Below, one piece after another: positions 28,691-37,498 of a DNA stretch of 64,000 nt. The number at the start of each line of letters is the position of its first letter. The stretch's first letter is position 1. The stretch is from an uncultured virus (IMG/VR IMGVR_UViG_3300005080_000002) (Duplodnaviria > Heunggongvirae > Uroviricota > Caudoviricetes): the IMG/VR virus record IMGVR_UViG_3300005080_000002; one strand, given 5' to 3'. Position numbers and translations under genes: made by a program. The notes beneath the pieces were generated by a model. The model searched no databases. It was not told where the DNA came from and was given only the letters and a program-made list of their open reading frames with translations.

Positions 28691-29518
28691 ATGGAATCTT
28701 TAGATAGGACGTTAGGCTTCTTCCCGATGTCTATCGGGACGTCGCTGGCATTCGAAGGGCTGTTTCGTGTAGGCGATCATGCAGATATGCCCGGTAAGGT
28801 CAATCATGATTCTTACGAGGCTGTCTACATCAACATGCGCACTTTGGTGCGCAATGTCATTCAGGCCTATGAGTCTGATGCTATCAACTACATTAAGAAC
28901 GAGTCGATCATCGAAGGGGTGGAGCAAGATCAAGGACAGATCATCTCCACGATGGCAGAGATGGCACCTAACAAAAAGGTAGTGTTCTATATCTGCACTC
29001 ATGAAAGTTTGAACCGCAAATACCCTAATGCACGGTTTAAAGTGGCCGAGACTCCCAAGCAGCTCCTTTTGGAAGCGCTGGAGACTGGGGTGCTTACTTA
29101 CTTCCATGATCTGATGAAAGAATCCGAACCGGATAATATTTTCGATTTGGATATTTCCAGCACGCTTCGTACGCTGATACTGACACATCAGCCGTTGGAC
29201 CTTTTGTCCAACTATAAGTTCCCCGACCTGTACTTGCTGGAATCGCATACCGGCAAAATCAAGTCAAAGCGGGACTGGTACACGAAGCTGAATATCAAAA
29301 AAGAAATCATGTGCATTCCGTTCACAAAGGCGATGCTGCAAATCTTTGGCGATGGCGCTATGTTCCTTGCGCAAGACCTCAAGGTTAGGCGTGAGCTGGT
29401 AGTTATCGGCAATAAACGCAAGTGGAACGGTATGACCACCCATAGCCGAATGATCGAAGACATTAAGTTGGAGTATGAGCCCCATCTCTATGACTTCGTG
29501 GTAAAAATGGGTCGCTAA
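28691..29518 (+). CDS. Conserved hypothetical protein, possible PIN/5'-nuclease-like fold, 275 aa
   Basis: YINMRTLVRN, THQPLDL, LLESHTG and QIFGD resemble a degenerate flap-nuclease pattern; function uncertain. Confidence 0.5.
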   Translation: MESLDRTLGFFPMSIGTSLAFEGLFRVGDHADMPGKVNHDSYEAVYINMRTLVRNVIQAYESDAINYIKNESIIEGVEQDQGQIISTMAEMAPNKKVVFYICTHESLNRKYPNARFKVAETPKQLLLEALETGVLTYFHDLMKESEPDNIFDLDISSTLRTLILTHQPLDLLSNYKFPDLYLLESHTGKIKSKRDWYTKLNIKKEIMCIPFTKAMLQIFGDGAMFLAQDLKVRRELVVIGNKRKWNGMTTHSRMIEDIKLEYEPHLYDFVVKMGR

Positions 29519-29573
29519 CTTTAATTTTAACTAGGACGTCTATCATTTAGACGTCAACAATGGACATTTTAAA

Positions 29574-30407
29574 ATGAGTGAACAATACAGCGCAGCTAAA
29601 CCGACTCCGAAACTTCTCGGTGATCGTACCTTCTCCCCGGCCTCCATCCAAGGTGGTAACGTAAGTCGTGCCCGTGTTTCTATCACCAACAACTGTATCG
29701 CCATCGCTGCTGATACCGGCGGCGAGCGTTGGACCAACGCCTACCTTCCGATCGTAGAGTGGGAAATGTTCGCTATGGCCGTTCAGCAAGCCGTGGTGTC
29801 CAAGGAACCCATCCATCTGACCGTAGACATTTCCAAGGGTCGTCAGGGCCAGGCTGTTCTGGATGCCATCCTGGGCGTAGGTCGTGATGAAGAAGGTATC
29901 CTGTTCCTGTCCGTGGCAGCGCCCAATGCCCGTGAGGTTCGCTTCACCTTCATGCCTAACCACAACTACCGCTGGAAGGCTAATGGTCAGGAGATGACCT
30001 CCAACGAGATCTCTCGCCGCAATGCCCAAGCCTGGGTCAATGGCGTTAACCGTGTACTGCCTCTGGACTTCCAGGCCCACTTTGCTGCCTATGAAGGTGG
30101 TAACGGCCGTCAAGGCGGCGGCGGCAACAACTTCGGCGGCCAGAAGAAACAATGGGGCGGTCAGAAGAAGCAGTGGGGTGGTAATGGTGGCGGCGGCTAT
30201 AACGGCGGCGGCAACAACAACTATCCGAAGAAGCAGTACAATAACCAGGGTGGTGGCAACAATAACTACAATGGCGGCGGTAACAACGGCTACAATGGCG
30301 GTGGTCAGCAGAACTACCAACAGCAAGCTCCGCAGCAACAGCAGCAATACACTCCGCCGGCCCCGGCCAGTGTTAACTTCGAAGAGTACGTCGGGCAGCT
30401 CCCTTAA
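29574..30407 (+). CDS. chmC: ChmC-like nucleus-associated RNA-binding protein, 277 aa
   Basis: Folded N-terminal ~165 aa plus a long Gly/Asn/Gln/Tyr low-complexity tail; immediately upstream of the sigma-like nvRNAP subunit. Confidence 0.7.
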   Translation: MSEQYSAAKPTPKLLGDRTFSPASIQGGNVSRARVSITNNCIAIAADTGGERWTNAYLPIVEWEMFAMAVQQAVVSKEPIHLTVDISKGRQGQAVLDAILGVGRDEEGILFLSVAAPNAREVRFTFMPNHNYRWKANGQEMTSNEISRRNAQAWVNGVNRVLPLDFQAHFAAYEGGNGRQGGGGNNFGGQKKQWGGQKKQWGGNGGGGYNGGGNNNYPKKQYNNQGGGNNNYNGGGNNGYNGGGQQNYQQQAPQQQQQYTPPAPASVNFEEYVGQLP

Positions 30408-30452
30408 TCAAATGGCAGGCGAGGAAACTCGCCTGCTTGTATGCCTCGCCCC

Positions 30453-30482
30453 AAAACTTTTTGGGCATATATTATCAGTGTG
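30453..30482 (+). promoter_or_regulatory. Phage early promoter
   Basis: aaaactttttgggcaTATATTATc-agtgtg. Confidence 0.7.
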
Positions 30483-30505
30483 ACGTTGTTGACTAAGGAG
30501 TTCTA

Positions 30506-32083
30506 ATGAAGCTCGTAGTAGAAATGCCGAAGGACGATGCAGATCGTAAACGCAAAAAGGATTGCGGTGATCTAAAGGTAGTTCATAATGGCAAAGAGTT
30601 GCACTTCGGCGTATTTATTGCGCCAAACGGTTGGGGCCATACCCCTACTGAACTGTTTGTAGAAATCAACATGTTCTGGGCAGCGCAATCTGCGGCGCGC
30701 CAAGACGAGATCTTCAAATGCTACGAGGAGATTGAGCAGCTGTTCAGCCGCGAGTCTAACTCCGGCAAAATCTGCATTGCATTGCAGCAGATGGTTATCC
30801 CGTTACTGGATGTTTATCATTCTACCGAACTCGTTAGTGCATTTGCTAACAAGATCGATATCGAATATCCAACTAACGCGGAAGATGAGTTCAATAGTAA
30901 TGATGCCCGCAAGCATCGTGAAATGACTTATCTGCGTCATGAGTATTTTGATCTTGCAGTAATTGCCATTATCCTGCGGACGCTGTTGCCGGTATGGAAC
31001 ATGTTCCGTGAATGTTTGGAAGGCGATGCCAGTAAGAAGGCCTCTGCCTACATCGATCTGGAAATCCTGCGCACGATCAAGTACACCGAGTTCGGTGCAT
31101 GCCATCAGATGATGCGCCTGCTCAGTTATACCACGGCCACCTATAAATGCCAGGACAGTAGCGGTGAGCTGAGCTCCATCGTATCTGGTCTCGGGTCTGT
31201 ATCTATTCCCGATTACATCTTTGCAAGTGCTCTGTCAAATAAGTTGATCACGACGCCGCTGTCTGCTAATAAAGCAGGTACGACGCTCATCAGCGCCATC
31301 TTCAATAAGGTGAAGCAGGACTGTAACCACCTGGGTGAAAAGTTCCCGCAGCGCGTTAGACACCGTCTGGATAACCGGATGGGCGATGAAGATGATAAGA
31401 TCGGTTATCTGGAATCTTACGCAGTGCGTCAAGAAGCCAGTAACGACGTCTATCTATTGTCCCAGATTTATCTGTACGACTACAGAAAAGCACGTGCCGA
31501 TCTTGACCCTACCATCCCTCCAAAGTTGGTGGCCGAATGTCTGAAATCGTTCAGTAGCGTTAATTTTAACAAGCACGTCCCTATTATGGGAGGTAACAAC
31601 CTGCTCCCAGTCCACCAGACTGTAGTGCAGTGGGTTCTGTCTCCGATAGTCAGTCCGAGAACGATTCCGTTCATCGACAGACGTGCAATGATTAACGCGA
31701 TGGCGATTACACAAGCTGCGCTCATCCATTGGGAGCTGCACGGTCTGGCCCGTACGCTCTGCTATATGCTGGAGCCGTCCGACGAAGACGACATGATCAC
31801 GCCAATGCTGCCGGTTGATACGGCGTTGAAGGCAAAGATTGAAAAGGCTTATCCCTACTGGCGTAAGGAGAAAAATAAGGATACTGCAAAGAACATGTAT
31901 CCAGCACTTATTTCTATCGAAGAGTATTGTCTGCTGCTCATCGGGAGAAAGTGGAATGTTGTTGCAACGGATGAAGTTAAAGAGCTTCTGAAGTTCAAAG
32001 ATGGCGATCGTGTCATTGATATGCATATCAAGTCAGAGATCGCGTCCCTGTTTATCATGCATCAATCTAGAAACGATAAATAA
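30506..32083 (+). CDS. Non-virion RNAP sigma-like subunit (phiKZ gp68-like), 525 aa
   Basis: Size, helical composition and position between the ChmC-like and PicA-like genes; synteny-based. Confidence 0.7.
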   Translation: MKLVVEMPKDDADRKRKKDCGDLKVVHNGKELHFGVFIAPNGWGHTPTELFVEINMFWAAQSAARQDEIFKCYEEIEQLFSRESNSGKICIALQQMVIPLLDVYHSTELVSAFANKIDIEYPTNAEDEFNSNDARKHREMTYLRHEYFDLAVIAIILRTLLPVWNMFRECLEGDASKKASAYIDLEILRTIKYTEFGACHQMMRLLSYTTATYKCQDSSGELSSIVSGLGSVSIPDYIFASALSNKLITTPLSANKAGTTLISAIFNKVKQDCNHLGEKFPQRVRHRLDNRMGDEDDKIGYLESYAVRQEASNDVYLLSQIYLYDYRKARADLDPTIPPKLVAECLKSFSSVNFNKHVPIMGGNNLLPVHQTVVQWVLSPIVSPRTIPFIDRRAMINAMAITQAALIHWELHGLARTLCYMLEPSDEDDMITPMLPVDTALKAKIEKAYPYWRKEKNKDTAKNMYPALISIEEYCLLLIGRKWNVVATDEVKELLKFKDGDRVIDMHIKSEIASLFIMHQSRNDK

Positions 32084-32101
32084 TAAAGTCCAGGAGTAAA
32101 C

Positions 32102-33685
32102 ATGTATATCCAGAAACTGATGATGGTAGAAGTTGCGAACCTTGAAGAGGTTTATCGCCGTCCGTTCGAACTGACGGTCGATGGCGATATTATTCGCCTT
32201 CTCGAAGATGCCATCTCTCGAGATGCGGGGCAGTTTCGTCCACAGCTGGTACTCGATGCCGTAGGGCGCGGATTGACCCTTTCGAGTGACCGTGAAAAGG
32301 TATCGCTTGGCGCTGGTAAGTTTAGCGACTCGCGCTTCCGCTTCATACTCGAAGTAGTGGTGGATCAAGTAGATGGTTCCATGCCCGGTTCCCGTCTGAT
32401 CGTCTGTGGCTACACTGACCGTGTGGATATGTCTCATAACGACCGGATGGCGCCCGATATGCGCTTCTACGTTAACAACGTGGTTGGTATTCGCGACATC
32501 CCTCGCGTAGTGCGTGGTCGTAAATACATCGACTCCCAAGTAGTCGATAACTTCCAGATTCTGTTGGGTGAGTACAATTCTCCCAGTAATACCCGCCGTG
32601 GTCAGAATGAGTATCTGATGCGTCCACGTGACGTATTCCGTACCATTGAAAAGCACACGTCCATGGGTGACCTGGAAGACGATAGCCCCATCATCGACAC
32701 CCGCACTATGTTCTGTAGTGGTGTGGAAACCAACCGTGGTCGTAATAACCAGCGCGCACGTTATCTGTCTACCCTGATGGAAGCGGACCGTGCCGGTAAG
32801 TCCGAGCAAGCAGTTTACGGCAATGATCTGTTCGAGGCTACTCGCGACAGCGCAGCGTCCGATGTAGTAAGCGAACCTCGCATTATTCGTAACCCGTTCC
32901 TCCAGATCCTGTCCCAGCGTTCTGCCTTCCAAGACGAAGGTTGTTTTGAATACCGCGACTTGGTCGAGTTCACGCATCTGCGGAGCATGACTGATCTGGA
33001 TAAGCTGACTAAGTTCAGCCTGATCCAGGATAACCAGTTTAACTTCGAGTCTGAGCGTTGGAACGACAATAGTGCTGAAGTAATCACTGTTGCTACCTTC
33101 TGCCAAGAAATCCCGGCATTGATGGTAGACTGCCTGTTCTCTTACCTGAACTTCAAGGTAAGTAACCTGTCCCTGATCGACGGCCAGCCCGAGTTCGAGT
33201 ATATCGAGTGGGGTAACTTTGTCGAACTCCACAACAACGAACGGATGATGGAAGCATTCAAGAACCGTTTCATCCGTGAAATCTTCAACCTCGTTACCAA
33301 CGACGACCAGCTCGTTATCGACCTGGAGATCGAGGCCGAGGTAGGTGGTATGACTGGAATCGAAGTATCGTTTGACGGTGGCCGTTTCGAACGCTACACC
33401 TTCCCGTCGTTCTGCGACGGCATTGTAGCGCCGGTAGTGACCGATGACGCAAATAAGCTGGAAAACATTGCCCGTAAATACGGCAGCATCCGTAAGGACA
33501 TTGTAGACCCGCTGATGCTCAACGAGCTCATTCTGCCGGAAACCGGTCTCGACCGCCGCCTGCGTGGTGATGACAACCAGTCACGCCGTGATACCGACCG
33601 TGGTAATAAGAAGGTAGAAATCTTTACCGGTTCGGACGTACCATCTTCCCGCCGCGACAGCAGTCGTGTAATCAAATTGATCTAA
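32102..33685 (+). CDS. picA: Phage nuclear protein importer PicA/Imp1 (phiKZ gp69-like), 527 aa
   Basis: Size and position directly after the sigma-like subunit; AGGAG RBS; synteny-based. Confidence 0.68.
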   Translation: MYIQKLMMVEVANLEEVYRRPFELTVDGDIIRLLEDAISRDAGQFRPQLVLDAVGRGLTLSSDREKVSLGAGKFSDSRFRFILEVVVDQVDGSMPGSRLIVCGYTDRVDMSHNDRMAPDMRFYVNNVVGIRDIPRVVRGRKYIDSQVVDNFQILLGEYNSPSNTRRGQNEYLMRPRDVFRTIEKHTSMGDLEDDSPIIDTRTMFCSGVETNRGRNNQRARYLSTLMEADRAGKSEQAVYGNDLFEATRDSAASDVVSEPRIIRNPFLQILSQRSAFQDEGCFEYRDLVEFTHLRSMTDLDKLTKFSLIQDNQFNFESERWNDNSAEVITVATFCQEIPALMVDCLFSYLNFKVSNLSLIDGQPEFEYIEWGNFVELHNNERMMEAFKNRFIREIFNLVTNDDQLVIDLEIEAEVGGMTGIEVSFDGGRFERYTFPSFCDGIVAPVVTDDANKLENIARKYGSIRKDIVDPLMLNELILPETGLDRRLRGDDNQSRRDTDRGNKKVEIFTGSDVPSSRRDSSRVIKLI

Positions 33686-33697
33686 TTGGAGAAAACA

Positions 33698-34984
33698 ATG
33701 AGTAAGGAATCGTTGGCCACTCCGGTAACGGAGCTTTACACCAGCATCATCAAAGCGATGTATCTGGACGTTAACGAGGACGGGGTGGTGATCTCACCCC
33801 TTTCCGACAATAAGCCGATGCAAATCGGTGAGAACATCGTAGTAGTACCGACGACCGAGCGCATCAAAGATGATGACTGGGAAGGATGCCACGCATTCCA
33901 TCCGCTCTGTGAAGACTCCGTAATGGGTCAGTCTGAAACCATCCACTGGCTGGTATCCCGTGCGACCGCTGCGATTACGCTGCGTATCGTAACGCTGATG
34001 TCCAACCTACTGGAAGTCGCGTACAAAACTGAACTGCAAGCCCAGGCCGGTAATCCTGCCATCGAAACCATCCTGGCCCCCATCGCCAAGTTGGCCAAAG
34101 ATACCACCTATAAGAGCTGGAAGAAGATCACTGGCAAAGTGGCTACCAAGCCGCTGCTGAACTTCTACATCTCCCGCGGTGTGGAGCTGGACGGTGTTGC
34201 CTACCAACGTGTAGGTACCCTGGAAATTCCCATCCTGGAAGATGTGGAAGCCAATGCGGTTCTGACCGGCGTCCCGGTGAACTCGAAGAACGACAAGCAA
34301 GCCATTCGTCTGTTGCTCGAGAAGATCCTGGAAGGTGTCCCGATGGAATACGGCACCAACCATACTACGCCGTACTTCTACGCGGTGCTGATGATGTATC
34401 ATGCGGTTAACAAGCGCCTGAACAAAGTCAGCAAGATCTTCAAGAAGGTCACCGCTGATGAAGTAGTCGACCTGAAATGGTGGGATACGGTTAAGGACGA
34501 TGGGCTCAAGCAGTTCATGAAGCGCATTCCCCGCCTGCCCGGTAATGAAGGGGTCAAGGAACTCTCCAAACGTGCCAAGTCCATGGCCGATGAAGAGTTG
34601 GCTATCATGGAAGATAAAGGTATCAAGCTGCGGACTGTTTCCGCTGCCAATACCCCGCCGTGGAACGACGACGATAATGCTCCGGCCGCGCCGGCTCCTG
34701 AGCCCCGCGCTTCTGGCGGTATCTCTCTGACCAGCCTGATCTCGTCCCCGGCATCTACCGGCGCACTGCGTGATCGCTACGGCAATGACCGCGAATATGA
34801 AGATGATATTCGTGATCGTGACCGTCGCTATGACCGCAATGATCGTGACCGTGGTCGTGGACGTCGTGAAGTTGACCTGCTGGGCCATCGTGGTCGGGAT
34901 GACCGCCGTGATGACCGTAGAGACGATCGTCGTGATGAACGTCGCGGGGGTATTTCTCTGAACGATCTGATCGGGCGGCGATAA
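33698..34984 (+). CDS. Conserved hypothetical protein (phiKZ gp70-like) with Arg/Asp repeat tail
   Basis: GGAG RBS; FHPLCED motif; tail RDDRRDDRRDDRRDERR. Confidence 0.7.
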   Translation: MSKESLATPVTELYTSIIKAMYLDVNEDGVVISPLSDNKPMQIGENIVVVPTTERIKDDDWEGCHAFHPLCEDSVMGQSETIHWLVSRATAAITLRIVTLMSNLLEVAYKTELQAQAGNPAIETILAPIAKLAKDTTYKSWKKITGKVATKPLLNFYISRGVELDGVAYQRVGTLEIPILEDVEANAVLTGVPVNSKNDKQAIRLLLEKILEGVPMEYGTNHTTPYFYAVLMMYHAVNKRLNKVSKIFKKVTADEVVDLKWWDTVKDDGLKQFMKRIPRLPGNEGVKELSKRAKSMADEELAIMEDKGIKLRTVSAANTPPWNDDDNAPAAPAPEPRASGGISLTSLISSPASTGALRDRYGNDREYEDDIRDRDRRYDRNDRDRGRGRREVDLLGHRGRDDRRDDRRDDRRDERRGGISLNDLIGRR

Positions 34985-34985
34985 A

Positions 34986-35025
34986 TAAAAAGAGAAGAGG
35001 GCTTTCGCCCTCTTTTTTTCTCTCT
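34986..35025. terminator. Bidirectional terminator
   Basis: aagagaagagggc-tttc-gccctctttttt; the same 23-nt core recurs at about 41482. Confidence 0.8.
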
Positions 35026-35026
35026 T

Positions 35027-35353
35027 TTATAGCTTTGCTATGGAGATGATTTCATCAATAGTAGCGATGCTAGGTATATGCAGTGCCTTCACCGTGGTAT
35101 CAAAGTCCTCCGGTGAATTCATATCTGATAGCATCAGGATAATCCAGTGGAGCTGTGATGGTATTTTGACGGTTGTCAGGTAGCCATATAGGTTGTAGAG
35201 ATACGGCCTTGCTACTTTAAGGTCTACTGCCATCGAAGTGGTAGACTCATGCTCACGCAAGTATTTGCGGTGCGTAATAAGTACGTTGCGTAAACGCGGG
35301 TTGGCAGCATAATGCGGCAGCGTATACGTGACAAGTTCATTAACTGAAGCCAT
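35027..35353 (-). CDS. Small protein resembling a T4 gp53/LysM-like baseplate wedge subunit, 108 aa
   Basis: LYGYL...LHWIILMLSDMNSPEDF...LHIPS pattern; AGGGGG RBS. Confidence 0.45.
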   Translation of the reverse strand: MASVNELVTYTLPHYAANPRLRNVLITHRKYLREHESTTSMAVDLKVARPYLYNLYGYLTTVKIPSQLHWIILMLSDMNSPEDFDTTVKALHIPSIATIDEIISIAKL

Positions 35354-35362
35354 GCTTCCCCC

Positions 35363-35393
35363 TAAATAAATTCAAGCATATATTATCATAGGG
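35363..35393 (+). promoter_or_regulatory. Phage early promoter
   Basis: aaataaattcaagcaTATATTATc-ataggg. Confidence 0.7.
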
Positions 35394-35425
35394 ATGGTAT
35401 GTAGTTAGTGCGATCAGGAGTAAAC

Positions 35426-37498
35426 ATGATAGCTTATCGGCCAGACGAGCATTCAGTTCCGTTAAGGACTGAACTGATGGGTGCTGTAACTGAATACATG
35501 TTAGCCCCGGATGGAAGTTCCGGTGCACGTGTTCAGATGCAGGGTGGCCACATGGGCCAAGCTCCCTGCATAGTTGGTAATGAAAAACGCCATCTGTTCA
35601 CAGGCGTGGAGTTCGAATACGCCAAATACACGTTTAATGTGAAGGTGCCCGAGACCTGTAAGGTAGAGGCTGTAATAAGCCGTTACCCTGCCGGTGGTAT
35701 TGGTATTGCACGACCGCTGGAAACAGTAGCGTTCGTACGCCATATCGATAATCCAAGACACATTGACGTAATCCACATTCCGATGTTCCAGTCTAACCAC
35801 CAGTATTTCGGTTATGACATGGTGCTGTCGGAAACCGGCCGTAACATCAAGAAGGGGATGATTCTCAAGAAAGGAACCATACTGGCAGATACCCCAGGTA
35901 ATATCGACGGGGAGTATTGTAACGGAACGCACGCCGCGACAATCCTCGTGTCGCATCCTGGCTGTATTGAAGACGCGGTAGTGGTCTCACAAGACCTGGC
36001 AGACGCAATGATGTCTTACGGCTACAAAACCGTAACGATGTCTTTCGGCGCCCAAGACTATCCGCTGTTCCCGTACGGTACCGAAGAAAACCCGCGTATC
36101 CATCCTGCTATCGGTGACCGTGTTCGCGCCGATGGTATTCTGATGGCTAAGCGTTCCTGGGATCCGCTCCTTGCCGGTGTAGAGACATCTGTCAAAGCAC
36201 TGCGCGATATCTGTGGTCATTTCGATGATGTCGTATTCGTCGATCCCGATGCGGAAGTTGTTGACGTCCGAACCTATAAGGACGACATCCAACGTGGGGT
36301 GATGAAGACTTCTGAGAAGATTCAGGAGATGTGTAAAGGGGATGTAGAATCCCTGGCCACATTTTACGAACGCATCCGTTCCTATTATGCGTCAATTCGC
36401 CGCGAACTGAAAAGCAAGACCAATGCTGCAACGTTGTCGCCTGCTGCTCACGTTCTGATTCGTACGGCGATTGCACACAAGCCCGATGAGTATACTTCCG
36501 ATGCAATGGCTAAGAAGAAGATCTTCGGGTATGAGCAGATGGATGACTACCGTATCGAAGTTACGGTGAAGTTCAAGATTCCATTTGACGTAGCCAGTAA
36601 GATGACTGACCTCTTCGGCGGTAAGGGTGTTACTGGTGAGGTTCGGCCAACGGAAGAGATGCCAATCGATGAGTATGGCAACCGCGTTCACCTGATTATG
36701 TCCGGTAACGCAATGCTTCGCCGTACCAACTATAACCGGAAGTTTGAACACTTTGTCAACGCTGCAAGGCGTGATGTGCAAAGTAAGATCGTTGAGATGA
36801 TCGATCGCGATCGCTATGATGAAGCGTGGGAGTATCTCACTAACTTCTTCAAAGGTTCAAGCTCTCTGTGGTTGGACGCAATCGAGGTATCCCACCAGAC
36901 CAAGAAGGAGCAATATGCCTTCCTAGACGAGCTGAGACATAAGCCGTTGAGAATGCAAATCCCACACGAACGTCCTGAGATGATGTGTGAGATTGAAGAT
37001 TGGATTGAGAAACATTTCCCACCCAATCGTAGTAAGCTTACGCTTACCATGCCCGACGGCAGCAAGAAGCAGACGATTGATGATTTCATCGTAGGCGACC
37101 TGTATGTCATACGTCTGGACAAAACTGGCCGAGACGCTTCCGCAATCTCTGCCGGTAAGTTCCAGCATTTCGGTACGATCAGTAAGCAACATTCTCGTGA
37201 TCGTAATCGTCGTCCCGTTCGTGAACACCCGATCAAGTTCATGGGCGAATCCGAAGCGCGTCATCTGGAGGCATATGTTGGTGACAACATCACCGCCGAG
37301 ATTCATGACCGTAGTAATAACCCGATTGTAGCCGATGAGGTGGTTAAGTCTATTCTGATGACTGATACGCCTACAAACATCGTAGAGGCGGTAGACCGGA
37401 AACGGTTCCCGCTTGGCAACAACCGCGCTATGGCAATCCTGTATCACGTTCTCGAATGTGAGGGTTGTGGGTTCACTACGGAGATGATTGACGGATGA
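35426..37498 (+). CDS. Non-virion RNA polymerase beta C-terminal subunit (phiKZ gp71-73-like), uninterrupted
   Basis: SGARVQMQGGH, IEDAVVVS, SKMTDLFGGKG and KFMGESE correspond to conserved beta motifs. Confidence 0.9.
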   Translation: MIAYRPDEHSVPLRTELMGAVTEYMLAPDGSSGARVQMQGGHMGQAPCIVGNEKRHLFTGVEFEYAKYTFNVKVPETCKVEAVISRYPAGGIGIARPLETVAFVRHIDNPRHIDVIHIPMFQSNHQYFGYDMVLSETGRNIKKGMILKKGTILADTPGNIDGEYCNGTHAATILVSHPGCIEDAVVVSQDLADAMMSYGYKTVTMSFGAQDYPLFPYGTEENPRIHPAIGDRVRADGILMAKRSWDPLLAGVETSVKALRDICGHFDDVVFVDPDAEVVDVRTYKDDIQRGVMKTSEKIQEMCKGDVESLATFYERIRSYYASIRRELKSKTNAATLSPAAHVLIRTAIAHKPDEYTSDAMAKKKIFGYEQMDDYRIEVTVKFKIPFDVASKMTDLFGGKGVTGEVRPTEEMPIDEYGNRVHLIMSGNAMLRRTNYNRKFEHFVNAARRDVQSKIVEMIDRDRYDEAWEYLTNFFKGSSSLWLDAIEVSHQTKKEQYAFLDELRHKPLRMQIPHERPEMMCEIEDWIEKHFPPNRSKLTLTMPDGSKKQTIDDFIVGDLYVIRLDKTGRDASAISAGKFQHFGTISKQHSRDRNRRPVREHPIKFMGESEARHLEAYVGDNITAEIHDRSNNPIVADEVVKSILMTDTPTNIVEAVDRKRFPLGNNRAMAILYHVLECEGCGFTTEMIDG

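Noticed and set aside
30110..30350. Short tandem repeats (ggcggcaacaac, cagaagaaacaatggggc) resembling an array
   Set aside because: They encode the G/N/Q tail of the ChmC-like protein; no constant repeat with unique spacers, so not CRISPR.
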